Both the position numbers and the translations under genes were made by a program. A stretch of DNA of 52,707 bases. Source: Pseudomonadota bacterium. GTDB lineage: Bacteria > Pseudomonadota > Gammaproteobacteria > Burkholderiales > Rhodocyclaceae. Shown here piece by piece: positions 33,379-40,805 of the stretch; the first letter of the stretch is position 1; each line of letters starts with the position of its first letter. The stretch spans positions 1-52,707 of the forward strand of contig JBEGTT010000155.1 in the NCBI GenBank assembly GCA_041179245.1, written 5' to 3'. Under the pieces are notes generated by a model. The model was not told the origin of the DNA. It saw nothing but the letters and a program-made list of their open reading frames with translations, and did no database searches.

Positions 33379-34431
33379 TCAAGCAATGACAAAGTCGGTG
33401 TAAACCAAGGTGGGGTGCGATGTGGCGCCTATCAGCACAATTTTTATCGCTGCACCAGCACCTGAACCATCCGCATCATAGGAGAGATACCCGGTGGTTT
33501 TATCGTAAATCAAGTAGTGAGTTGCCGTTTGAGTAGCGGTTCCTTTGATGAGAAATTCGCTACTTTCTACCGTGCTTCCTATTTTGCCAATCAAAGAAGC
33601 CTTCAATGAAATCTTGTCGGTTCCGCTGACAAAGTCAGTGATGGTGTCAAAATCCGTGTTGGAAAATGCAACATCAAACCGGAAAATATCACTGCCGGCT
33701 CCGCCTGTCAGGACGTCTTTACCGGTACCCCCGATTAGTGTGTCGTTTCCATCCCCACTTATCAGCGTGTCCGCACCAGCCCCGCCATCCAGTGCGTTAT
33801 TTCCAGAATTGCCGGTGATTACGTTTGCCAATACGTTGCCTGTACCATTGATGTTGGTGCTGTCGGTGAGCGTCAGATTCTCAACGTTTCCAGACAAGGT
33901 AAACGAAATACTTGATTTCACTAAATCGGAGCCTTGATTGGCTAGTTCTATAACCACATCGCCCGTGTTATCCACAATGTAAGTGTCGTTGCCGAGACCG
34001 CCTACCATGCTATCGGCACCTGTTCCGCCATCGAGCGTATCGTTGCCCGCCAACCCCGTCAGGGTGTCATTGCCGGCATATCCATTGAGCGAATCGGCAA
34101 CAGCGGTTCCGGTAACCGTATCGTTGCCACTCCCCGGTGTAGTGGGTGTTGTCGTTGTAGTAGCTTCCCACTTGGTTATGCCGTTGTAGGTGACTTTCTC
34201 AAAACCGGTTAGGTAAACTTTGGCGCTTGCTGTGGCAATGATGACAATTCCATTTGAAGACGAAACGTTAAAAGTGCTTAGGTAGCCGGGATCAACAATT
34301 TGAAATACATCGGTACCGCTGCTGCCGTTGACGGATTTGTTTCGGAAGGAATTCCAGGCCATCTGATTAGAGATGTAGAAAGTATCGTTCCCTGTGGTAC
34401 CTGTCGCAACGTAAGAGGTGTAAGTCATCAT
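33379..34431 (-). CDS. RTX-type calcium-binding repeat protein
   Basis: Trimmed to MMTYTS... (AGGAA 8 nt upstream). Two blocks of GGxGxD nonapeptide repeats (GYAGNDTLTGLAGNDTLDGGTGADSMVGGLGNDTY and GGAGADTLISGDGNDTLIGGTGKDVLTGGAGSDIF). Thr-rich linker, hydrophobic C-terminus ...YTDFVIA. Confidence 0.88.
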   Translation of the reverse strand: MMTYTSYVATGTTGNDTFYISNQMAWNSFRNKSVNGSSGTDVFQIVDPGYLSTFNVSSSNGIVIIATASAKVYLTGFEKVTYNGITKWEATTTTTPTTPGSGNDTVTGTAVADSLNGYAGNDTLTGLAGNDTLDGGTGADSMVGGLGNDTYIVDNTGDVVIELANQGSDLVKSSISFTLSGNVENLTLTDSTNINGTGNVLANVITGNSGNNALDGGAGADTLISGDGNDTLIGGTGKDVLTGGAGSDIFRFDVAFSNTDFDTITDFVSGTDKISLKASLIGKIGSTVESSEFLIKGTATQTATHYLIYDKTTGYLSYDADGSGAGAAIKIVLIGATSHPTLVYTDFVIA

Positions 34432-34441
34432 GATTTCGTTC

Positions 34442-35329
34442 CTATTGTGTGGTGACTGAGCCATCAGGGCTCACGATTAAGTATCGAATGGGGTAAAGCT
34501 TGAAAAAAGGTTGCGGGGTTTCCATCAACATGCCGATGGTTGAACAACTGCCAGCATGCAAGGCTGTTTCAGCAATTACCGAGATAGATCGGTGAAAACT
34601 GACGGGAATCCCGGTTTTAGGATGAATGATGTGGCTATAACGCTGTCCATTGATTTCGAAGAAACGCTCGTAATCTCCACTGGTTGCCAAACCACCGCCG
34701 TGCATGGGGATGCTGGCAATCAATCCTGTTGCTTGATTGGGGTCTCGGATCCCAATTTGCCAAGGGCTGTTATCAGGTTGTGGCCCCAATACGCGAACGT
34801 CCCCACCAAAATTAACAAAGCCATACTGGAACCCTTCGTTAAGCAGTATTTCTGCGGCTCGATCAACGGCATATTCTTTGCCGAATCCACCAAAATCGAT
34901 TTCCATGCTGATCTTGGGTAAATAAATGTGGGTATCTGATGCTTCAACCGCTGACCAACTGACGAGCGAGCGCAATGACACCAATTCAGCCTCGGTTGGA
35001 ACCAGACGTTTTGTGAAATCCCAAGCACGACTGAGTTTTCCGGAGGTAATGTCAAACAAGCCGTCACTATCCTGATAGAGCGCATTGGCGTAACTCAGCA
35101 ACCAAGCGGTTTCTGGATCAATCAAGGTTCGGTGCCCCGTTCCAGCCGCTTGGTTAATCTGGCTAATGAGGCTGTCTGGGCGATAGCGAGAGTATTTGTG
35201 CTCGATCCGACGAACTTCGGTAGCCGCTAATTCAATCGCTTGTTTGGCTTTTGTTTCGTCCTCGGCTACTAGCGTAACTTCGCAGTGGCTGGCCATTGCC
35301 GGGAATTGAGCGGTGACAATATCCATCAT
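34442..35329 (-). CDS. apbE: ApbE-family FAD:protein FMN transferase
   Basis: 295 aa. ApbE motifs FGGDVRVLG, ATSGDYERFF and HIIHPKTG. The N-terminus MMDIVTAQFPAMASHCEV has no signal peptide or lipobox, and a stop lies just upstream, so there is no room for an extension. Confidence 0.9.
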   Translation of the reverse strand: MMDIVTAQFPAMASHCEVTLVAEDETKAKQAIELAATEVRRIEHKYSRYRPDSLISQINQAAGTGHRTLIDPETAWLLSYANALYQDSDGLFDITSGKLSRAWDFTKRLVPTEAELVSLRSLVSWSAVEASDTHIYLPKISMEIDFGGFGKEYAVDRAAEILLNEGFQYGFVNFGGDVRVLGPQPDNSPWQIGIRDPNQATGLIASIPMHGGGLATSGDYERFFEINGQRYSHIIHPKTGIPVSFHRSISVIAETALHAGSCSTIGMLMETPQPFFKLYPIRYLIVSPDGSVTTQ

Positions 35330-35332
35330 GGA

Positions 35333-36472
35333 TCAGAAGAAATGGGTTAGGCCAAATTGCCAGATACGGGCGCGGAAGGTGTCGATACCCGGACTGCCAT
35401 TCCCCGATAGTGCCAAGGCACTCCGTTGTTCGTAATCTTCATACTTCACATCGACGAGCCAGTCTTTGCCAATTTTTCGGGCTACTTTTAACCCCATCGT
35501 GCGGCCACCAAAGGCAGAGAGGCGCTGGTCTTGCGAGAAATAGGGTTGATTGCTCAGGTTGAATGTAGGGAGCGGGGCATTTTGGGGGTCTGCGTAGAAA
35601 AAAGCCGCTGTCTGAGTGTAGTAACGAAGGGCTGGCGTAATAATCCAATCATTCGCTGTTGGAATAACCCATTCCCCGCCGACGGTGTGTGAGTGAACGT
35701 CAAACGAGTCTTCGTAATAGCGATAGCTTAGGCGTAGGGTGGTGTTGCTTTCCACAAAATGATGGTTCCAGCGTCCTAGAATCGCGGTGCCTGCTTTGTG
35801 CCGGGGCCTGCCAAATTCCAGTTCCCCTTGTTTATAAGGGTCCGAATAAAACCCATGTCCATCGCTTTTGGTCAGATTGACTTGGACAATGTCTATCGGC
35901 GTCAAAATTTGGGTGACACCCACAATCAAATCTGTCACTGCCTTCTTCTCATTGACGACACCGTAATAAGGCACATCAATACGGTCATCAGTTTGGCCAA
36001 CGCCAAGATTGAAGGTGGTGTTCTTGTCTTCCGTGCTGATCGTTCCCGAAATGGACTGTGTGTTCGATAAATAGTCACTTTCAGACGAATAGGATTTGCT
36101 GATCGTTAACGTACCTTGTGAGAAGTAACGGGTTAGTCTGAGGTCGCGACCTGTCCGCTCATCCTTCATGTGGGCCGCAGAGGATTTTTCGCTGTGGTAA
36201 AGCGGGGTAGCCCCCGAAATCGTGTCGACGATCACGCCACCTTCAACCACCCAGTTACCTGCAAATGGCACCATCAGCAGTGTTGAGGGGGCTTTGACCG
36301 CAATCCGTTTTAGGCCGGGTTGGCTGTCCTGATAATCCAGATACTTGAAGCTGATTTGCGCGCGTTCAGGAATGGTATCCGCCAGCACAACCCCTGCGGG
36401 GAGCGCGGTGACACATCCGCATCCTGCCAACATGGCGGCATGGAGTGAGTTTTTAGTTGCAGCCACAGCCAC
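35333..36472 (-). CDS. DUF3570-type predicted outer-membrane beta-barrel protein
   Basis: 379 aa. Alternating beta-strand pattern rich in Y/W/G and an aromatic C-terminus ...WQFGLTHFF, typical of OMPs. Signal-like N-terminus containing LAGCGC. Contains DTISGAT (residues 83-89). The family assignment is from memory of the DUF3570 architecture. The GTG start is uncertain; ATG 36433 is an alternative. Confidence 0.7.
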   Translation of the reverse strand: MAVAATKNSLHAAMLAGCGCVTALPAGVVLADTIPERAQISFKYLDYQDSQPGLKRIAVKAPSTLLMVPFAGNWVVEGGVIVDTISGATPLYHSEKSSAAHMKDERTGRDLRLTRYFSQGTLTISKSYSSESDYLSNTQSISGTISTEDKNTTFNLGVGQTDDRIDVPYYGVVNEKKAVTDLIVGVTQILTPIDIVQVNLTKSDGHGFYSDPYKQGELEFGRPRHKAGTAILGRWNHHFVESNTTLRLSYRYYEDSFDVHSHTVGGEWVIPTANDWIITPALRYYTQTAAFFYADPQNAPLPTFNLSNQPYFSQDQRLSAFGGRTMGLKVARKIGKDWLVDVKYEDYEQRSALALSGNGSPGIDTFRARIWQFGLTHFF

Positions 36473-36671
36473 CTCCTCCTACGCCTGATCCTCCAGAAGA
36501 TGCTTCTTTACTGAAGTAAATATGTTCGGTGAAAGCAGCGTCCAGCTTGTCTGTTTCGAAGGTCATTTCAGGTTTGGACAAATAGCCTTTTTCCCACGGT
36601 TGAACAGGTTCAATCACGGCACAGCCAGACAAGCTAGCTGCGAATGCCATACTGAGGAGAAAAAGTTTCAT
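36453..36671 (-). CDS. DUF4266-type small lipoprotein with a Gly-rich CGC tail
   Basis: 72 aa. Signal plus lipobox MKLFLLSMAFAASLSGC. C-terminus SSGGSGVGGGGCGCN. 1-nt gap from the tlpA-like stop and a 20-nt overlap with the next gene. Confidence 0.7.
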   Translation of the reverse strand: MKLFLLSMAFAASLSGCAVIEPVQPWEKGYLSKPEMTFETDKLDAAFTEHIYFSKEASSGGSGVGGGGCGCN

Positions 36672-36672
36672 C

Positions 36673-37182
36673 TTATTGCCCTGTCTTCAGATGTTGCTCG
36701 ATCAATTTCTCAAGCTCTTCTTGGGCTGTGTGATTGAAGCCAATGTGTTGGTACAAAACTTTGCCGTCCCTACCGATCAGAAAACTGGTGGGCATTCCCC
36801 TCACACCATAGGCTTTAGGGGTAATTCCTTTGGGATCGAACGCGATCTGAAATTCGACAGGTAGCTGAGCCAGAAATTTTTCTGCATCTGATTTTTTGCT
36901 ATCTACATTGATTGCTAACACGTTGAAACCACGGTCTTTATATTGCTGCTCAATGGCATTCATCCAAGGGAAAGATTGGCGGCAAGGGCCACACCAAGAT
37001 GCCCAGAAGTCCAAATAAACCAGTTTCCCTTTGTAATCGCTAAGGCTAATTTTTTCAGTCGTGCCATCGAGTTGAAGCGAAGGGGCACTATCACCTTGCT
37101 CAAGTGCCAATGACGGCCCAGATGCCATAAATGTGATGACAAAAATCAGCGAACAAAAAATCGTACGGCAACTAAACATCAT
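36673..37182 (-). CDS. TlpA/ResA-like periplasmic thiol:disulfide oxidoreductase
   Basis: Trimmed to MMFSCRTIFCSLIFVITFMASGPSLA (signal or anchor). Thioredoxin-fold active site WASWCGPC. Confidence 0.88.
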   Translation of the reverse strand: MMFSCRTIFCSLIFVITFMASGPSLALEQGDSAPSLQLDGTTEKISLSDYKGKLVYLDFWASWCGPCRQSFPWMNAIEQQYKDRGFNVLAINVDSKKSDAEKFLAQLPVEFQIAFDPKGITPKAYGVRGMPTSFLIGRDGKVLYQHIGFNHTAQEELEKLIEQHLKTGQ

Positions 37183-37403
37183 GAATTCAACTTTGTTGGT
37201 GATGATTGAGGATTGTACGGGTTGATTGTTAACTGAACCTGAAGCCTGTGAATGTTTGCGGCAAATCTGAATCAAGTGGTACTAAAATTGGCTTTGTCGT
37301 AGAACTCATCAGTCCCGTAAAGGGGTTCTGTTTCATCTCTAACCCGCGATGCATTAGGAATGTGAAAAGTGGAAACAAACGTCAGCATTTCATTTTTAAT
37401 CTT

Positions 37404-38174
37404 ATGAAAATAATCTCTGCCAATCTCAATGGAATTCGTTCAGCGACCACCAAAGGCTTTCTGGACTGGATGGAAGCTCAGGAAGCCGATATCGTTTGCG
37501 TTCAGGAACTGAAAGCGCAGGCGGCAGATATGAGCGAACGAATGCTCAACCCAAAAGGTTTTCACGGCCTCTTCCAATACGCTGAGAAAAAGGGATACAG
37601 CGGGGTGGGGCTGTATTCACGTCAGCAACCAGAGAAGGTCACCATTGGCTTTGGGATACCCGAATTTGACGCGGAAGGGCGCTATGTTCAAGCAGACTTC
37701 CCAGGTCTTTCCGTTATTTCGCTCTATGTGCCGTCTGGCTCTTCGTCACCCGAACGACAAGACGCCAAATTCCGCTTCATGGAGGTTTTCCTGCCGACAT
37801 TGGCGCGGCTGCGGGAAAGTGGCCAAGAAGTGGTTATTTGCGGGGACTGGAACATTGCTCATCAGGAAATTGATCTAAAAAATTGGAAGGGCAATCTGAA
37901 GAACTCAGGCTTTCTGCCTGAAGAACGAGCGTGGTTAGGCAACGTGTTGTCCAACATGGGCTGGGTGGATGTCTATCGCACGCTGTATCCTGACACGACC
38001 GACGCCTGTTACACCTGGTGGTCGAACCGAGGACAAGCCCGCGCCAAGAATGTTGGATGGCGGATTGACTATCAGTTGGCGACGCCCGGTATTGCAGACA
38101 CCGCAAGGGCTGCCAGCGTTTACAAGGAGCAGTGGTTTAGCGACCACGCCCCCTTGATTGTGAATTACACCTAA
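37404..38174 (+). CDS. xthA: Exodeoxyribonuclease III (AP endonuclease)
   Basis: Trimmed to MKIISANLNGIRSA... 256 aa. EEP-family motifs (VCVQELK, ICGDWNIAH, SDHAPL). Confidence 0.93.
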   Translation: MKIISANLNGIRSATTKGFLDWMEAQEADIVCVQELKAQAADMSERMLNPKGFHGLFQYAEKKGYSGVGLYSRQQPEKVTIGFGIPEFDAEGRYVQADFPGLSVISLYVPSGSSSPERQDAKFRFMEVFLPTLARLRESGQEVVICGDWNIAHQEIDLKNWKGNLKNSGFLPEERAWLGNVLSNMGWVDVYRTLYPDTTDACYTWWSNRGQARAKNVGWRIDYQLATPGIADTARAASVYKEQWFSDHAPLIVNYT

Positions 38175-38279
38175 GCTTTGGTAAATTTAGGCTACGCTCA
38201 AAAAATCTGTTGCCTTGCCAAGCGCGAAGCAACCCTCTTATCATCGCCGCCACTTTTCACTGAATAGCGCCTCCCCGAC

Positions 38280-40802
38280 ATGAGCAAAAAACTGATCATC
38301 GCCGAAAAACCGTCCGTTGCCGCCGATATTGCGCGGGCACTGGGAGGCCTAACCAAACACGACGATTATTTTGAAAACGATGAGTTGGTCGTTTCTTCTG
38401 CCGTCGGCCATTTATTGGAACTGCGTTGCCCCGAAGAATATGAAGTCAAACGAGGGAAGTGGTCATTCGCCCACCTGCCGGTGATTCCCCCCAACTTCGA
38501 TTTGCAGCCGATTGAAAAGACGCACTCCCGGCTAAAACTGCTCACCAAGCTCATTAAACGCAAAGATGTCACCAGCTTAGTTAATGCCTGTGACGCGGGC
38601 CGTGAAGGTGAGTTGATCTTTAATTACATCGCCCAGCATGCCAAAACCACCAAGCCGGTTCAGCGCTTGTGGTTGCAATCGATGACCCAAGGCGCGATTC
38701 GCGACGGTTTTGCCCGTTTGCGCAACGGCGCTGAAATGCAGGGTTTGGGTGATGCCGCCGTTTGCCGCTCAGAATCAGATTGGTTGGTTGGGATCAACGG
38801 CACTCGCGCCATGACCGCGTTTAACTCCAAGACCGGCGGCTTTCATCTGACCACCGTTGGTCGGGTACAAACACCAACACTGTCCATTATGGTTACCCGC
38901 GAAAAGAAGATTCGCGAGTTCAAGGCACGTCCGTACTGGGAAGTTGAAGCCTTATTTGGTTGTAAGGACGGCGAATACAAGGGCAAATGGTTTAGCGAGG
39001 GCTTCAAAGGCAAGGCGGATGATGAACATGCTCGGGCTGATCGTCTGTGGTCAGAACAAGAAGCGGCTGACATTGTTGCCAAAGCGCAAAATCAGCCCGG
39101 CATCGTTACCGAAGAAGCCAAACCAGAAACACGCATGTCCCCGTTGTTATTCGATTTAACCAGCCTTCAGCGCGAAGCGAATGCTCGTTTTGGTTTCTCG
39201 GCCAAGTCGACACTCGGCCTTGCTCAAGCGCTCTACGAAAAGCACAAAGTACTGACTTATCCTCGGACAGATTCGCGTTGTTTGCCAGAAGATTATTTGC
39301 CGACGGTTAAATCAACGCTGTCGATGCTGACCGGCGAGGGCGCTGGCAAGGGGCACGATGAACTGCTGTTGTCGCGTTATGCCCCGTTTGCACACCAGAT
39401 TCTGGCTCGCAACTGGGTGGTGCCGAACAAACGCATTTTTAACAATGCCAAGATTTCGGATCACTTTGCGATTATCCCGACCAATCAGGCCCCGAAGAAT
39501 CTGAGCGAACCTGAACAAAAGCTGTACGACTTTGTGGTCAAGCGCTTCTTGTCGGTCTTTTTCCCTGCAGCCGAATTTTTAGTCACGACGCGGATCACCC
39601 GGGTTGCAGAACAACCCTTTAAGACTGAGGGCAAAGTGCTGGTTAGCCCGGGCTGGCTGGCAGTTCATGGCAAAGAAGGCCAAGAAAGTGACGAAGGTAA
39701 TCTGCCGAAGGTAGAGCCCAAGGAACAAGTGGTCACGGAAGAACTGAACGTTAAAGCCACCGAAACCAAACCGCCCCCTCGATATTCTGAAGCCACCTTG
39801 CTGTCCGCGATGGAAGGGGCTGGCAAGATGGTTGACGATGAAGAACTAAAAGCCGCGATGGCGGGCCGAGGTTTAGGCACACCGGCCACCCGGGCGCAAA
39901 TCATTGAAAATCTGATTGGCGAACAGTATGTGCTGCGCGAAGGCCGCGAACTAATACCGACCGCCAAAGCTTTTTCTCTGGATACGCTATTGGGCGGGCT
40001 GGGGATTCAGGAATTGACCTCACCAGAGCTAACCGGTGATTGGGAATGGAAGCTTGGCCGCATTGAAAAAGGCGAGTTTTCGCGATCTGAGTTTATGGCT
40101 GAAATTGCCGAGATGACCCGTCGTATCGTCGAGCAAGCCAAGAGTTACGACAGTGATACTATTCCCGGTGACTTTGGGGTTCTCGAATCACCCTGCCCTA
40201 AATGCGGCGGACAAATTCGTGAAACTTACAAAAAATTCCAGTGTTCGGACTGTGACTTTGCAACCTGGAAAATCGTTGCCAGTCGTCAGTTTGAACCTGC
40301 TGAAGTAGACACCTTGTTGCGCGAACGCAGCATTGGCCCGCTAATCGGCTTCCGCAACAAAATGGGCCGGCCTTTTACCGCTAGCATCAAACTGAACGAC
40401 AAACACGAAACTGAGTTTGATTTTGGTCAGCCGCAAGGCGGCGACGACAACGGTGAACCCATCGATTTTTCAGGTCAAACGCCCTTGGGGAATTGCCCTA
40501 AATGCGCAGGCCCCGTGTTTGAGCATGGCAATACCTATGTGTGTGAAAAAACGGTCAGCCCGGAAAAGGGTTGCGATTTCCGTTCTGGCAAAGTCATCCT
40601 GCTACAACCGATTGAGCGGGAACAAATGGTTAAATTGCTCACAACGGGCAAAACAGATTTACTCAGGGACTTTGTGTCTTCGCGGACACGTCGAAAATTC
40701 TCCGCTTTCCTGAAAATCGATCAAGGCAAAGTGGGATTTGAGTTTGAGGCCAAAAAACCTAAAGCACCGGCCAAGGCCCCAGCTAAGAAAAAAGCGACTT
40801 AA
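38280..40802 (+). CDS. topB: DNA topoisomerase III with C-terminal zinc ribbons
   Basis: 840 aa. Toprim KLIIAEKPSVA, active-site region LTYPRTDSRCL, two CxxC...CxxC zinc-ribbon units (CPKCGG...CSDC, CPKCAG...) and a Lys-rich tail. Confidence 0.92.
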   Translation: MSKKLIIAEKPSVAADIARALGGLTKHDDYFENDELVVSSAVGHLLELRCPEEYEVKRGKWSFAHLPVIPPNFDLQPIEKTHSRLKLLTKLIKRKDVTSLVNACDAGREGELIFNYIAQHAKTTKPVQRLWLQSMTQGAIRDGFARLRNGAEMQGLGDAAVCRSESDWLVGINGTRAMTAFNSKTGGFHLTTVGRVQTPTLSIMVTREKKIREFKARPYWEVEALFGCKDGEYKGKWFSEGFKGKADDEHARADRLWSEQEAADIVAKAQNQPGIVTEEAKPETRMSPLLFDLTSLQREANARFGFSAKSTLGLAQALYEKHKVLTYPRTDSRCLPEDYLPTVKSTLSMLTGEGAGKGHDELLLSRYAPFAHQILARNWVVPNKRIFNNAKISDHFAIIPTNQAPKNLSEPEQKLYDFVVKRFLSVFFPAAEFLVTTRITRVAEQPFKTEGKVLVSPGWLAVHGKEGQESDEGNLPKVEPKEQVVTEELNVKATETKPPPRYSEATLLSAMEGAGKMVDDEELKAAMAGRGLGTPATRAQIIENLIGEQYVLREGRELIPTAKAFSLDTLLGGLGIQELTSPELTGDWEWKLGRIEKGEFSRSEFMAEIAEMTRRIVEQAKSYDSDTIPGDFGVLESPCPKCGGQIRETYKKFQCSDCDFATWKIVASRQFEPAEVDTLLRERSIGPLIGFRNKMGRPFTASIKLNDKHETEFDFGQPQGGDDNGEPIDFSGQTPLGNCPKCAGPVFEHGNTYVCEKTVSPEKGCDFRSGKVILLQPIEREQMVKLLTTGKTDLLRDFVSSRTRRKFSAFLKIDQGKVGFEFEAKKPKAPAKAPAKKKAT

Positions 40803-40805
40803 ACC

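Noticed and set aside
33371-33379. DnaA-box-like GTTATCCAT between dsbD and the RTX gene. Other isolated TTATCCA-like strings occur elsewhere.
   Set aside because: These are single imperfect matches far from dnaA, as expected by chance in 52 kb. There is no clustering.
33379-34431. RTX gene as a horizontally acquired islet or mobile insertion.
   Set aside because: There are no flanking direct or inverted repeats, no integrase or transposase, and no obvious compositional break by eye. The intergenic distances (10 and 12 nt) look like native operon junctions. It is kept as a finding only for its unusual context.
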